From the NCBI GenBank assembly GCA_002433895.1, contig DJJA01000004.1:24132-88131 (forward strand): 64,000 bases of DNA, given 5' to 3'. The translations under genes and the position numbers were made by a program. Below the pieces are notes generated by a model, which was not told where the DNA came from, did no database searches, and saw only the letters and a list, made by a program, of their open reading frames with translations. Below, one piece after another: positions 49,210-61,163 of this stretch (position 1 is the stretch's first letter; every line of letters begins with the position of its first letter). Source of the DNA: Candidatus Gottesmanbacteria bacterium UBA6580. Lineage in GTDB: Bacteria > Patescibacteriota > Microgenomatia > UBA10105 > UBA927.

Positions 49210-50440
49210 TGATTTTGGATTGTATTGAAGCGAAAACTCATATGTTGCTTGGTTTTCACCGGGAGGGGATGTTCATGAGTATCGCGTAAGATTTTTACTT
49301 TTGCACAAGGGTATTTTTCTTGTTTTCATGTGACACTAATGTCATGAAGTTGAGTTTCTTAGGGTGGTTTATACATGTCTTCGGGGTATAGAGAACCGGT
49401 AGTATGTAACTTTTCGTGTATCTCGAGCGCTTCGGATCGTTTAGGCAAGTTGACGGTCAGTCATCAGTAATGCGGACGCAAGAACATGTTCGGCATTTTA
49501 AGGTTACGGGAATGTTTACCTATGGGGTAAAGGTTACGGATCACACACAAATTTTCTGGTTCTTAAGACGGTGTGTCTTAATCTGGCATGTACATCTCTG
49601 GTGGTTATTTAAAAGGGTACATTGTAAATGAGGTTTTGCAACAGTATTCAGGCGTTGGGGTTGCCTGACGTCGCCCTGATTGTGTCGTAGGTCGATGTTT
49701 GCATGCTGCGATTTTTTGACACATTATTACTTGGATTTTCTCGGGTTTTTTGGATGGTTTGGATACAGGTAAATCTTGGTGCATCAGGGGGGTGTTCAGT
49801 GAATAAATAGAGGTGTGATGCGTGTGCGGTTCGTTGGGAATATGGTATAGAGCGAACACAAGAACATTTGGTATGTGTAGGAGGTATTGTCCGGGTTCAC
49901 GGGCACTATTGGGTATTCAGGGCATCTCTAAATGGTGACTTACGAAGTACCGTGTCGGGTGACGGGTCGCACAGCCGGGCGCTTGGGGGTGTAGTAGGTG
50001 GTTGTGGATATTGGTAAGTTAACTCATTTGATGTTTGTGGCTCAGTTTCTTGCGTGTTTTCTAAGGCCTTTCCCGTAAGAGTGATTGTTTTCTGGAGTTA
50101 AAAGTTGTGCGGTAGTCACATAGTATGATTCGCACAGACGATACGTGAGTAGATTGGGGGTAATAGAAAACACGGGGAGACGTTTCCATTTCCGTCGGGT
50201 GAGATGCGATATGCATGTGTCCGGTTGTGACGTGATATTGCGTTTGTTTTTATGCCATGTATCGTGATCGCTTGTATGGCGTCGTATATCAGCGATCTAT
50301 GGTACGTGCAGGAAGGCATAATAAGGAGGTAATCGCACGGTATTGAGTACATTTGAAGATGAATCTGTACACAATTTTTGACTGAGTTTTTGTACGGAAA
50401 AAAATGCGAGAATATAGTGGGGTATCGCAGGATTGCTTCT
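49210..50440 (+). other. ~1.2 kb G/T-rich hairpin-rich region without a credible ORF (candidate ncRNA or regulatory region)
   Basis: Only short unrecognisable ORFs; several local inverted repeats. Confidence 0.4.
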
Positions 50441-50444
50441 CCAG

Positions 50445-50474
50445 TTGACAATAGGTCTAAATTAAGGCTAATCT
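50445..50474 (+). promoter_or_regulatory. putative sigma70 promoter of the HTH-Cache/collagen operon
   Basis: TTGACA-18-TAATCT. Confidence 0.5.
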
Positions 50475-50494
50475 GTATATAGGTTTTCACATAT

Positions 50495-50546
50495 TTGTAA
50501 TAACAGGTAAAAAAAGTAGTAAAAACTTGTAAAGAGTAGTAATAAT
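50495..50546 (+). repeat. array of five ~10-bp direct repeats (putative operator)
   Basis: TTGTAATAAC AGGTAAAAAAAG TAGTAAAAAC TTGTAAAGAG TAGTAATAAT. Confidence 0.75.
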
Positions 50547-50588
50547 TTCGCATTGGTACAGGCTAAAGGGTTTGGGAGCCTGCCTGAC

Positions 50589-52544
50589 ATGCCCAAAACA
50601 TACACCGTTAAAGAAGTCGCCGATATCTTAGGATTTAGCACCAATAGCATCTACGCGTTTCTCAAAGAAAAGCGGATTCGTGGTGTGCGTATCGGTAAGG
50701 GGAGATTTAGAATTCCGGAAGAAGAACTATCCCGCATACTGCATTTATCCAAAAAACCGGTTGGCGTGCCTGTGGCGGCAGCCCCAGTTGCGAGTGCCGA
50801 GGCCTCTGCAACTTCAGTCATAGGCTCGTCTGTTGATGCGTTGTCACCAACCGGTGACGCGGTGTTTATAGAACCGAAGTATTCGGACGCCGGTAAGATG
50901 CGGGGAGATTTGCTTGCCCCGAATATATTTGATTGGTTTATCGGCTTAGGCGCATTGGTTGCTGGGGTGGCGCTGTTTCTGTTTAATACAACCTTTACTG
51001 CTGAAGAATTTCCGCGGATGACACTCATGTATCCGGTTATCCGGATTGTACTTATCGCATGTGGTTTTGGTGTGATCATGAGTTGTGTATTTCCCAAGGC
51101 TGGTGGTTGGCGGCGGGTATTCCATCTCACACTTTCTGTATTGGGGTTTATTAACGCGTTTGGGTTAATAAAAAGCGGGGATATCGAAGGGGGCGCATTG
51201 TATGGGGCTATGGCAGTGATGATTTTACTTGAGAATTTTGTGCGATTTGGCGGCATTGTTGCAATTGGCTTGTATGTATCTTTGATTGCGATTCTCGTGC
51301 CCGCAGTGATATTGTTTTTCCCCATAGATTCCCATGTGAGTGCGCTCTCTGCGGTGACAGGCGTGCCGGCACTTATCATCGGAATTGTTTCGCTTGTTGT
51401 CTCGATAGCACTCTTGATACTGTTTTGGCTGGGTTACGCAGGAAATAGGAAGCTTTTCTTGTTGGCTGCATGGCTACTATCCATTGGTGATGTCGCCGTT
51501 GCACTCTGGTATGCACATCTCCAGTACTGGAGCAGATCATTTTTTATCCTTGTAGTGGGAATGTTCACCGCGCTTTTACCGTACTGGTGGCCGTTACAGC
51601 AGCAATTGGCACGCCGCTACAAGCTTTTGCTCCACGGATTGTTTGTTGTCATTAGTGCTGTGTTTGTACTCGCCGTGCTGGTAGTGTATTTATTGCAGCA
51701 AAGTATATGGGCTGTCCGTGAACGTGAGGCGATGAATAAACTGCACGTCGCGCATACAAGGCTCACGAACGCAACCTCATCTATTCAGGGCTCTCTGGAG
51801 GTTGCATCGAGCAACATTGACTTCGTCAAGTCGATGAGTAAGCCTGATATAGCGACACTCAATAAATATAGCAAGATTATTTACGAAAGTAATCCGAATA
51901 TCCGCCGGCTCGTTTTCTTGGATGAGTATGGGCAGGGTATTGCGCTGTACCCGTATGGCACGTTTGATGAACCGAATTTTTCGTACCGTGATTATTTTCA
52001 ACAAACCAAGAATACCGGAAAATCATATATATCCGATGTATTTCAGGCAAAGTCCGATCAGTCGGGCAGATTTGTGGTGGTCATTGCGACCCCACTCCTT
52101 GATGCTGGTGCATTTACCGGAGTGGTGACCGCATCGATGGATTTGGAGCGTATTGGCTTTTTGCTCAGCCAGGTTGCCGCTGGCGGGCAAGGGGAATATT
52201 TCGTTGTCGTGGACGCCCGAGGGGTCATTCTTAGTCATCCGAACGAGAAGCTTATCGGTTCTGTAGTGCCATCATCAGATCCGTTGCACCGGGCGCTGAA
52301 GGGTGAAGAGGGCATAGTAAAAGGCATGATGATTGAGGGTATGCTTGGCATGATGGGGTATGTCTATATTCCGGAGCTTCGGTGGGCGATTAGCTTACGC
52401 GCTCCTGCCGCAAAAATAGTTGGATTGTCTTCTGAGGAAATATGGATTGTCTTCGGGGTGGTATGTGTACTTATTGGCGCAGGGATAACTGTCATTTCTT
52501 ATATAAGGAGCAGGGCGTATGCAGGTAAAGAGGGGGGTCCCTGA
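50589..52544 (+). CDS. Xis/BldC-like HTH (HTH_17) + ~10 TM + dCache domain protein
   Basis: [18 protein letters not shown]...[18 protein letters not shown]; nine hydrophobic helices; NFSYRDYFQ...YISDVF...VVVIATP...[12 protein letters not shown]; final TM. Confidence 0.85.
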   Translation: MPKTYTVKEVADILGFSTNSIYAFLKEKRIRGVRIGKGRFRIPEEELSRILHLSKKPVGVPVAAAPVASAEASATSVIGSSVDALSPTGDAVFIEPKYSDAGKMRGDLLAPNIFDWFIGLGALVAGVALFLFNTTFTAEEFPRMTLMYPVIRIVLIACGFGVIMSCVFPKAGGWRRVFHLTLSVLGFINAFGLIKSGDIEGGALYGAMAVMILLENFVRFGGIVAIGLYVSLIAILVPAVILFFPIDSHVSALSAVTGVPALIIGIVSLVVSIALLILFWLGYAGNRKLFLLAAWLLSIGDVAVALWYAHLQYWSRSFFILVVGMFTALLPYWWPLQQQLARRYKLLLHGLFVVISAVFVLAVLVVYLLQQSIWAVREREAMNKLHVAHTRLTNATSSIQGSLEVASSNIDFVKSMSKPDIATLNKYSKIIYESNPNIRRLVFLDEYGQGIALYPYGTFDEPNFSYRDYFQQTKNTGKSYISDVFQAKSDQSGRFVVVIATPLLDAGAFTGVVTASMDLERIGFLLSQVAAGGQGEYFVVVDARGVILSHPNEKLIGSVVPSSDPLHRALKGEEGIVKGMMIEGMLGMMGYVYIPELRWAISLRAPAAKIVGLSSEEIWIVFGVVCVLIGAGITVISYIRSRAYAGKEGGP

Positions 52545-55500
52545 TGAGCCGTAATGTCTATTATAAAATTGACCGGTCGAAATCCGCAGCAGGCGGATTT
52601 CTCGCTGATAAGGAGTCACCGCAATCACGGGTATCCGGAGGGTTTCATTCTTTGACGCTATTGTTTCCGTTGGTTTTTGTCTTTATTGTCGGAAGCGTGT
52701 TTGTGGGTGCAGCGCAAATCATCCGGCATGATGATGCGGAGAAGTCTCAAGCGGATCGTACTACTGATGTGCCTGTTATTTCCCGGCTAACGGAAAAAGT
52801 GCTCGCTGAAAGTAGCTGGAAAGATCCTTACATAGTGCTGGTTCAACGGGCAGACGCATCCATAGCATATGCCTATATTGAGCAGGCAACCGTTAAAAAT
52901 GGCGCATTTGTGGGTGATGTCACGATACGGTATGCAAATAATGAGCACGGAATAGTGCGGGACGAAAACGGCACATTTAACTTCTTTTTGACAAAACTGG
53001 GAAGTCAGGAACCGGTACAAATTTTAGTACCGGTCACTATGGGGATTAAGTTGTCGGATGGGGCTATCTTGCCAGCGCAGTTGTCTGACGCGACGATCAT
53101 AAATGAGCAGCTCGTTGGGCAGTTTGTTGCTACAACAATTCTCGATAGGGTGCAGATTGCAGGGAACATATCTGCACAAAAGCAGTTTCTTTCGTTGGCT
53201 ATCGAACCGACATTAAAGTCTGTTGATGCGGGATTAGTCATGGTTCAACGTGAGGTTTTGAAACTCGCACTTGCTGGGGTTGGGGAAACAGGGGGTGTCT
53301 TGGGGGTAACTACCGACAGTATGAATAAAGGAGATACAGGTGTTCGGCTCCTTGCCTCAAATTTGGGAAGTAATCTCACGATACAGAGCTTCAGTGGTGA
53401 AGGAGTGATACGTATCGTATCAACAATAAACAATATAGATCAAAATATAACAAACATACAAAATCTAAATCCATCATTTGATAGCACTCCTGACAATCAA
53501 TCATCACAGCTCGCGTCGCAGCAGTTTTTATCACAGGGATTTTATCCTTCTTCATTAATAAGGGGTACTGGGATCGAGGGAAGTACGGGAGCCACGGGGG
53601 CTACCGGTGCGAGAGGTGACTCCGGGGCAGCCGGATCGCAGGGTGCTGACGGTAAAGATGGCGCTACGGGTGCAACAGGCGTTGGCGAATTAGGTCCTAT
53701 CGGTCCTACCGGAGCAACAGGATCCGGTGGTGGAGGAGGCGGTGGAGGTGCCGACGGACCGACGGGAACTACGGGAGCAACAGGAACTCAAGGTGCCAGT
53801 GGCCCGACGGGCGCAACGGGCAGTACCGGAGCGACAGGGCAGTATGGCCCGACGGGCGCAACGGGCAGTACCGGCGGTATCGGTCCTACTGGTGCAACCG
53901 GAGCCACCGGAATACAAGGATCATCAGGCCCAACAGGAGCAACGGGAGGATCAGGAAGTGCCGGGGTTTCCGGCCCCACCGGGTCTACGGGTGCAACTGG
54001 TACACAAGGAGCAAGTGGTCCGACGGGAAGTACCGGTGCTACTGGATTACAAGGTAGCTCCGGTCCGACGGGAGCCACCGGTGCAACCGGTGTTGGTGGT
54101 CCTACCGGAGCAACCGGTGCCACGGGAATACAAGGTGCTTCGGGTCCGACCGGAAGTACGGGAGCAACGGGAGCTAACGGTGTATCTGGTCCCACAGGGG
54201 CAACAGGAGCAACGGGTACAAATGGTGTTCAGGGTTCCTCCGGTCCGACGGGAGCCACCGGCGCAACAGGAAATCAAGGAACGCAAGGTGCTTCTGGACC
54301 TACGGGAGCAACAGGAGCAACAGGATATCAAGGTGACAGTGGCCCGACGGGCGCAACGGGCAGTACCGGGGCTATTGGATCAAGCGGCCCCACCGGTTCA
54401 ACAGGTGCAACTGGCACACAAGGAGCAAGTGGTCCTACCGGATCTACGGGATCGACCGGAGCCGCGGGTTCACAAGGCTCTTCCGGCCCCACCGGGTCTA
54501 CGGGTGCAACCGGATCTGCGGGTGCAAGCGGTCCTACCGGGAGCACGGGAGCAACAGGAACTCAAGGTGCCAGTGGCCCGGCCGGTAGTACCGGAGCGAC
54601 AGGGAATGTTGGGTCATCCGGTCCGACGGGTAGCACTGGTGCGACTGGTTTAAGTGGCAGTTCCGGTCCAACAGGGAGCACGGGAGCAACAGGAAATAAC
54701 GGGAGTGATGGACCGACCGGTGCGACCGGTCCCACCGGATCGCAGGGAGGAGCCGCGGGAGCGACCGGGCCTACTGGTGCTACGGGATCCACTGGAATAC
54801 AAGGGTCATCCGGTCCGACGGGGAGCACAGGAGCCACCGGCACCGTTGGATCATCCGGTCCCACCGGTTCAACAGGTGCAACTGGATCACAAGGCGCATC
54901 AGGTCCTACTGGATCTACGGGATCAACCGGTGGCATCGGCGCATCAGGCCCCACCGGTTCAACAGGTGCAACCGGAGAAGTTGGTACATCTGGTCCAACG
55001 GGGAGTACAGGATCCACCGGAACTGCAGGAGCCTCTGGTCCTACCGGAAGCACTGGTGCAACAGGAGAAGTTGGTACATCTGGTCCAACGGGGAGTACAG
55101 GATCCACCGGAACTGCAGGAGCCTCTGGTCCTACCGGAAGTACCGGAGCCACTGGTAACGTTGGTTCTTTCGGTCCTACTGGCTCAACAGGTGCAACCGG
55201 AGCAAATGGCGCAAGTGGTCCGACGGGAGCTACCGGTTCTACAGGGACACAAGGTTCACAAGGTGTCTCCGGTCCAACCGGAAGTACCGGAGCCACCGGC
55301 GCCGTTGGATCTTCAGGTCCGACTGGTTCAACAGGATCAACAGGAAGTGTGGGAAGTTCAGGTCCGACGGGATCTACAGGAGCTACAGGTTCTGCGGGAG
55401 CATCAGGTCCAACCGGAAGTACTGGTGCAACTGGAGCAGCAGGTGCGAGTGGTCCAACAGGTTCCACTGGTGGGACTGGTTCAGCTGGTGCGTCAGGTCC

Positions 55501-58500
55501 GACGGGAAGCACAGGATCTACTGGGAGCGTTGGTGCAGCGGGACCAACAGGATCGACGGGTTCCACCGGAGCACAAGGTGAACAAGGCGCATCAGGTCCA
55601 ACAGGAAGTACGGGTGCTACCGGCGCCGTCGGATCTTCAGGTCCGACTGGCGCAACAGGGTCAACAGGAAGTGTGGGAAGTTCAGGGCCTACTGGTTCCA
55701 CCGGCGCAACCGGCGCTGCAGGAGCGAGTGGACCCACCGGTTCAACCGGAGCCACCGGAACTGCGGGAGTCTCTGGTCCCACGGGAAGTACTGGAGCAAC
55801 CGGAGCAAATGGTTCATCAGGTCCAACGGGTGCGACAGGATCGACAGGAAGTGCTGGAGAAAATGGTCCCACAGGATCTACCGGTGCTACGGGTGCAAAT
55901 GGATCATCCGGTCCTACCGGCTCCACGGGGTCAACCGGAACAAATGGTGCAAGTGGACCGACGGGAGCTACCGGAGCAACGGGGTCCGCCGGAACACAAG
56001 GAGCATCGGGTCCGACAGGGAGTACGGGGTCAACCGGTACGCAAGGATCATCAGGCCCCACGGGAGCAACGGGAGCCACTGGAACACAAGGATCTTCCGG
56101 TCCTACTGGTTCAACAGGCGCAACTGGAGGAATAGGTGCATCCGGACCGACCGGGGCTACAGGGTCAACAGGAAGTGTGGGAAGTTCTGGTCCTACGGGA
56201 AGTACTGGAGCAACAGGAGGAGTTGGTGCATCAGGCCCAACCGGAGCAACCGGATCCACCGGTGCTCAGGGAAATGCAGGTGTTGATGGCCCGACTGGGT
56301 CTACCGGTGCCACTGGTACGCAAGGAAGTTCAGGGCCTACTGGATCCACCGGAGCTACCGGAAGTATCGGTGTGAGTGGTCCAACAGGTTCCACAGGTGC
56401 GACTGGTACAGCCGGCGCATCCGGTCCCACAGGAAGTACGGGAGCTACCGGAAGTACCGGAGAAAATGGTCCGACCGGAACAACTGGAGCAACTGGCGCA
56501 AATGGTCCAACAGGAAGTACCGGCGCAACGGGTAGTGCAGGAGCTTCCGGCCCCACCGGGTCTACGGGTGCAACCGGAGGAGTTGGTGCCTCCGGTCCCA
56601 CTGGTTCCACGGGAGCAACAGGAGGAGTTGGAGCAAGTGGACCCACAGGTAGTACCGGTGCCACCGGAGCAAATGGTCCAACGGGTAGTACAGGAGCCAC
56701 TGGTAACGTTGGTTCTTCCGGTCCTACTGGCTCAACAGGTGCAACCGGATCGCAAGGCGCTTCAGGTCCTACTGGATCAACTGGAGGAATCGGAAGTTCC
56801 GGTCCAACTGGGTCCACCGGTGCGACTGGCTCTGCAGGTGAACAAGGAGCTAGTGGACCCACAGGGTCAACAGGCACAACTGGCGCAAATGGTCCCACTG
56901 GTTCCACGGGAGCAACTGGTACACAGGGTGCAAGCGGACCGACAGGGAGTACGGGGTCAACCGGTACGCAAGGATCATCAGGCCCCACGGGAGCAACGGG
57001 AGCCACTGGAACACAAGGATCTTCCGGTCCTACCGGAAGTACCGGTGCCACTGGTACGCAAGGAAGTTCAGGGCCTACGGGAAGTACCGGAGCTACTGGT
57101 AATGTTGGCTCTTTCGGACCAACGGGTTCTACCGGAGCAACTGGCGGAGTTGGTGCAAGTGGACCGACAGGGGCTACCGGGTCTACAGGAAGTGCTGGAG
57201 AAAATGGTCCCACAGGAACGACGGGAGCCACTGGTGCAAATGGCCCGACCGGAAGTACGGGAGCAACTGGTACACAGGGTGCAAGCGGACCGACAGGCAG
57301 TACAGGAGCAACGGGTGTAGCTGGCGCCTCCGGACCGACGGGTTCTACCGGAGCAACTGGATCGCAAGGCGCATCCGGACCGACCGGGGCTACAGGGTCA
57401 ACAGGAAGTGTGGGAAGTTCTGGTCCTACGGGAAGTACTGGAGCAACAGGAGGAGTTGGTGCATCAGGCCCAACCGGAGCAACCGGAGCAACGGGGTCTG
57501 CTGGTGCAAGTGGCCCAACAGGAGCAACAGGAGCTACTGGTTCACAAGGAAATGCCGGACTTGATGGCGCTGATGGTCCCACCGGTTCTACCGGTGCCAC
57601 TGGCGGCATTGGTGCAAGCGGACCGACAGGTGCTACCGGATCAACAGGAACTGCAGGAGAACAAGGAGCTTCCGGACCAACGGGTTCTACCGGTGCAACC
57701 GGATCAATTGGTTCTTCAGGTCCTACCGGTTCTACTGGTGCCACTGGAGGAGTTGGAGCAAGTGGACCCACAGGTAGTACGGGAGCTACTGGTTCTGCAG
57801 GGGAACAAGGTGCTTCCGGTCCAACGGGATCTACTGGGGCAACTGGGTCACAAGGTGCCAGTGGTCCTACTGGTGCGACTGGAGCCACGGGTGGAATTGG
57901 TGCGTCAGGTCCAACGGGCGCGACCGGCGCAACGGGTAGCGCAGGAGCTTCCGGCCCCACCGGGTCTACGGGTGCAACCGGAGGAATTGGCGCCTCCGGA
58001 CCGACGGGATCTACCGGAGCAACGGGTGTAGCTGGCGCCTCCGGACCGACGGGAGCAACGGGAGCTACAGGAAATCAAGGATCCGCGGGAGCCTCTGGTC
58101 CTACCGGAAGTACCGGAGCCACGGGAGCAAATGGTGCGTCAGGTCCTACCGGTTCAACAGGATCGACCGGAGCAAATGGTGCGTCAGGTCCTACCGGAAA
58201 CACCGGTGCAACTGGTGCTGCCGGAGCGGGTGGCCCCACCGGTTCGACCGGAGCGACGGGAACACAAGGATCCGCGGGATCCTCTGGTCCTACCGGAAGT
58301 ACGGGGGCAACCGGAACTCAAGGATCCAGCGGTCCGACGGGGTCAACTGGAGCAACCGGTGTAGCGGGTGTTACCGGTCCAACGGGTTCTACCGGTGCTA
58401 CCGGTGCTGCCGGAGCAAATGGCCCTACAGGGGCGACCGGAACGACTGGTGTACAAGGTCCTACCGGTCCTGCGGGTCCGGGCGGTGAAACATTTATATT

Positions 58501-61147
58501 AGATGGCGGCTCGTATCTCTATGTAAATACGACGTATGCGACCGACTTTAACTTTGACGATTTAGTATTGGGATTAGATGGTGATGCCGGAGCGACGATT
58601 ACCACCAATGATACCAACGAAACATTGGGAATTGATACCAACGGCACCGGAGCGATAAGCATCGGAACGGGAGCAAACTCAAAAACGATCACCCTCGGCA
58701 ATACCTCGTCTACGACCAGTCTCGTGCTTACCAAAGGCGCGTCGGGGAATATTACATTTACCGGATTTGACTGTTCTTCATACACAAACGGCGGTGTCCT
58801 CACAACAGATGCATCCGGTAATATTACCTGTGCCAATGATGATGGCGGCAGTGGCTCACAGTCACCATGGACTTCCGACATTGATGCCGATGGATTTGAC
58901 CTTAGTGATCTATCTAATATCCTATTCCGCGAAACCACGGGGGCTCCGACGGGTACCGATGTAGGCTTGCATCGGGATAACTCAGGGGATCTTAATCTCA
59001 ATGTGCTTACCGGTAAAACATTTAATGTACAGGTAAACGGCACGGATGAATACAATTTTTCATCAAGCGGACTTACTATCGGAACAAATTCGCTTATTAC
59101 CGGTGCTACCACTATCGAATCGACAGAACTTGACCGGCTTGACGGCAAAGACGCCGCACTCGTTGATCAGAACGATCTGACCAGTGGTGACGGCAGCGGG
59201 GGAACCAGTAGTGGATCAGGATTGGAAGCGGGTACCGGTGGGATTGGCCTTTTGCAGGGATGTAGCGATGACCAGGTGCTAAAATGGAATGAAAGTTCTG
59301 CGGTATGGGAATGCGGAAGCGACCGCGCGACGGTAAATATCCGGAAAGCCGCAGATGAAACGATCACTTCAAGCGCCGCGTTGCAGGACGACAACGAGCT
59401 GTTGTTTGCGGTCGCCGCCGACGAAACGTGGGCAGTGGAAACATCATATACATATTCGACAGGTGGTTCATCCACTCCTGATATCCGTGTTGGCCTCAAC
59501 GCGCCGAGCGGAGCCACTTGTACGTATGGAACAGTGAATATTTCCCATGCAGGAAATTTAGCAGCTGGATCTGTCGCGTGTGACACGGCGATTGTGGTAG
59601 CGACGACGGCAACCGGCAACAAAAACGGTATTTTAAGCGGTACGGTAGCTAACGGCGCAAACGCTGGGAATATTACTTTCCGTTGGGGGCAGGGAACATC
59701 GAACACAACCGGCACCACGGTTGAGTTGGGGAGTTACATGTTAGGATTTAAGATTTCGGGTGCCGATTTGGCGGAGGTATATTATGCAACAAACAGTGGA
59801 ATTCCGAAGGGGACAGTTGTCTCGCTCGATCCTGCGCGAAACGCCGGGATAATTCCATCCCAACGGGCGTATGACCCGAACGTTCTTGGTATTGTGTCTA
59901 CCCAGCCCGGACTGGTGTTGGGTGAGTCAGGTGGGGGCGGAGGGATTCCGGTTTGGGTAGCGCTTACCGGGCGGATACCGGTACGGGTATCAGCTGAAAA
60001 CGGTCTTATCCGTGCCGGCGATTATCTCACGGCTTCCAGTCAGCCCGGAGTTGCCATGCGGGCAACCAAGGCTGGCGCTATCGTCGGGCAAGCGTTGACC
60101 AGTCAGGCATCAAGTGATCAACAGGAGGTTATCGCGTTTGCGAAAAATGGCTACTTTAACGGGGTTATGCCGGAAATCCCCGCTCCGTTTATAACGGGTG
60201 ACGAAGTAATCGATGAAAATGCAGCAGATCCGGCACAAGCGATGCTATCGTATTTCCTGCGGCAGCGGGGAAACGGGTCGTTGCAAGGGGCTCCGATGGA
60301 TGTAAGCAGCATCGTTGCTGACCGGGTAGTAGCAGGTTTGGAGGTTATCACGCCAAGATTGGTAGCTGATGAAATTGTGGCAAACAAAATAACTGCGGAC
60401 AGCATTTCTGCAAACCGTATCGAGGGATTGGAAATATTTACGGATAAATTATCGTCATTATCTTCGCAATACGATGCGTTGTTGACGATTGCCATGAGCG
60501 GTCAGGCAAGCGTTGCCGGGGTAGCGGTGGACACAACAATAGCAGGAACGCCGTCCGCTGTTGTTACACCAGCGGTTTTTGAGACGTTAATACAGTTTAT
60601 GCAGGGGATACGGGTCCGCGGCGGCGCATTGTTTGAAGATGCGGTATCTATATTGGGTAACCTTATTGTTCACGGTCAACTGGTCGTAAGTTCTGATACT
60701 GCGGGTATCGCCGTCATACCGAAATCGACAACAAGTGTTCGTGTATCATTCAAGAAGAAGTTTGACTACCCGCCGGTGGTGACGATCACCCCGGTATACG
60801 CGGATGATACGGATCGCGCGTTTATCGGTGATGCGGTGCGTGCTGTGGTAGCAGGGGTAACAGCAGAAGGTTTCACTATTGTGTTGGATGCCGCGGTGCC
60901 AAGGGATCTTGAATACAGCTGGATAGCGTTGGGGGTACAGGAAATCCGTAGAACCTTCGGAAAGCCGATAAGCGGTGATCCGGTGCCGACAAACACGCCG
61001 CAGCCAGCAGCGCCGGGAGAGCCATCGCCCACGGCAACACCCACACCGGGCGCATTGCAAGAGCAGCCGGGTCGCGATAGCAATCCCGAGCCTGAGTTAA
61101 AAGATGAGGTATTGTCCGAAACGTCGGGAAGTGCGGTAATCCAGTAA
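52544..61147 (+). CDS. giant collagen-like surface protein with tail-fibre-type C-terminal domains
   Basis: N-terminal TM; Gly-X-Y region 53570-58483; GADLAEVY...[11 protein letters not shown]...GDYLTAS; [17 protein letters not shown]...GFTI...YSWIALG. Confidence 0.9.
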   Translation: MSRNVYYKIDRSKSAAGGFLADKESPQSRVSGGFHSLTLLFPLVFVFIVGSVFVGAAQIIRHDDAEKSQADRTTDVPVISRLTEKVLAESSWKDPYIVLVQRADASIAYAYIEQATVKNGAFVGDVTIRYANNEHGIVRDENGTFNFFLTKLGSQEPVQILVPVTMGIKLSDGAILPAQLSDATIINEQLVGQFVATTILDRVQIAGNISAQKQFLSLAIEPTLKSVDAGLVMVQREVLKLALAGVGETGGVLGVTTDSMNKGDTGVRLLASNLGSNLTIQSFSGEGVIRIVSTINNIDQNITNIQNLNPSFDSTPDNQSSQLASQQFLSQGFYPSSLIRGTGIEGSTGATGATGARGDSGAAGSQGADGKDGATGATGVGELGPIGPTGATGSGGGGGGGGADGPTGTTGATGTQGASGPTGATGSTGATGQYGPTGATGSTGGIGPTGATGATGIQGSSGPTGATGGSGSAGVSGPTGSTGATGTQGASGPTGSTGATGLQGSSGPTGATGATGVGGPTGATGATGIQGASGPTGSTGATGANGVSGPTGATGATGTNGVQGSSGPTGATGATGNQGTQGASGPTGATGATGYQGDSGPTGATGSTGAIGSSGPTGSTGATGTQGASGPTGSTGSTGAAGSQGSSGPTGSTGATGSAGASGPTGSTGATGTQGASGPAGSTGATGNVGSSGPTGSTGATGLSGSSGPTGSTGATGNNGSDGPTGATGPTGSQGGAAGATGPTGATGSTGIQGSSGPTGSTGATGTVGSSGPTGSTGATGSQGASGPTGSTGSTGGIGASGPTGSTGATGEVGTSGPTGSTGSTGTAGASGPTGSTGATGEVGTSGPTGSTGSTGTAGASGPTGSTGATGNVGSFGPTGSTGATGANGASGPTGATGSTGTQGSQGVSGPTGSTGATGAVGSSGPTGSTGSTGSVGSSGPTGSTGATGSAGASGPTGSTGATGAAGASGPTGSTGGTGSAGASGPTGSTGSTGSVGAAGPTGSTGSTGAQGEQGASGPTGSTGATGAVGSSGPTGATGSTGSVGSSGPTGSTGATGAAGASGPTGSTGATGTAGVSGPTGSTGATGANGSSGPTGATGSTGSAGENGPTGSTGATGANGSSGPTGSTGSTGTNGASGPTGATGATGSAGTQGASGPTGSTGSTGTQGSSGPTGATGATGTQGSSGPTGSTGATGGIGASGPTGATGSTGSVGSSGPTGSTGATGGVGASGPTGATGSTGAQGNAGVDGPTGSTGATGTQGSSGPTGSTGATGSIGVSGPTGSTGATGTAGASGPTGSTGATGSTGENGPTGTTGATGANGPTGSTGATGSAGASGPTGSTGATGGVGASGPTGSTGATGGVGASGPTGSTGATGANGPTGSTGATGNVGSSGPTGSTGATGSQGASGPTGSTGGIGSSGPTGSTGATGSAGEQGASGPTGSTGTTGANGPTGSTGATGTQGASGPTGSTGSTGTQGSSGPTGATGATGTQGSSGPTGSTGATGTQGSSGPTGSTGATGNVGSFGPTGSTGATGGVGASGPTGATGSTGSAGENGPTGTTGATGANGPTGSTGATGTQGASGPTGSTGATGVAGASGPTGSTGATGSQGASGPTGATGSTGSVGSSGPTGSTGATGGVGASGPTGATGATGSAGASGPTGATGATGSQGNAGLDGADGPTGSTGATGGIGASGPTGATGSTGTAGEQGASGPTGSTGATGSIGSSGPTGSTGATGGVGASGPTGSTGATGSAGEQGASGPTGSTGATGSQGASGPTGATGATGGIGASGPTGATGATGSAGASGPTGSTGATGGIGASGPTGSTGATGVAGASGPTGATGATGNQGSAGASGPTGSTGATGANGASGPTGSTGSTGANGASGPTGNTGATGAAGAGGPTGSTGATGTQGSAGSSGPTGSTGATGTQGSSGPTGSTGATGVAGVTGPTGSTGATGAAGANGPTGATGTTGVQGPTGPAGPGGETFILDGGSYLYVNTTYATDFNFDDLVLGLDGDAGATITTNDTNETLGIDTNGTGAISIGTGANSKTITLGNTSSTTSLVLTKGASGNITFTGFDCSSYTNGGVLTTDASGNITCANDDGGSGSQSPWTSDIDADGFDLSDLSNILFRETTGAPTGTDVGLHRDNSGDLNLNVLTGKTFNVQVNGTDEYNFSSSGLTIGTNSLITGATTIESTELDRLDGKDAALVDQNDLTSGDGSGGTSSGSGLEAGTGGIGLLQGCSDDQVLKWNESSAVWECGSDRATVNIRKAADETITSSAALQDDNELLFAVAADETWAVETSYTYSTGGSSTPDIRVGLNAPSGATCTYGTVNISHAGNLAAGSVACDTAIVVATTATGNKNGILSGTVANGANAGNITFRWGQGTSNTTGTTVELGSYMLGFKISGADLAEVYYATNSGIPKGTVVSLDPARNAGIIPSQRAYDPNVLGIVSTQPGLVLGESGGGGGIPVWVALTGRIPVRVSAENGLIRAGDYLTASSQPGVAMRATKAGAIVGQALTSQASSDQQEVIAFAKNGYFNGVMPEIPAPFITGDEVIDENAADPAQAMLSYFLRQRGNGSLQGAPMDVSSIVADRVVAGLEVITPRLVADEIVANKITADSISANRIEGLEIFTDKLSSLSSQYDALLTIAMSGQASVAGVAVDTTIAGTPSAVVTPAVFETLIQFMQGIRVRGGALFEDAVSILGNLIVHGQLVVSSDTAGIAVIPKSTTSVRVSFKKKFDYPPVVTITPVYADDTDRAFIGDAVRAVVAGVTAEGFTIVLDAAVPRDLEYSWIALGVQEIRRTFGKPISGDPVPTNTPQPAAPGEPSPTATPTPGALQEQPGRDSNPEPELKDEVLSETSGSAVIQ

Positions 61148-61163
61148 TAGCAGGATGTGCCGA

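Noticed and set aside
49210-50440. Replication origin
   Set aside because: Only one imperfect DnaA box seen (~50004-50012), no AT-rich unwinding element and no dnaA nearby
53727-58031. Long alternative-frame and antisense ORFs (PVAPV repeats, 565 and 564 aa; Q/V-rich 493 aa)
   Set aside because: Shadows of the Gly-X-Thr codon repeat, which lacks stops in other frames
52544-61147. Prophage, suggested by tail-fibre-like domains and an excisionase-like HTH
   Set aside because: No integrase, capsid, terminase or lysis genes; both proteins are membrane anchored
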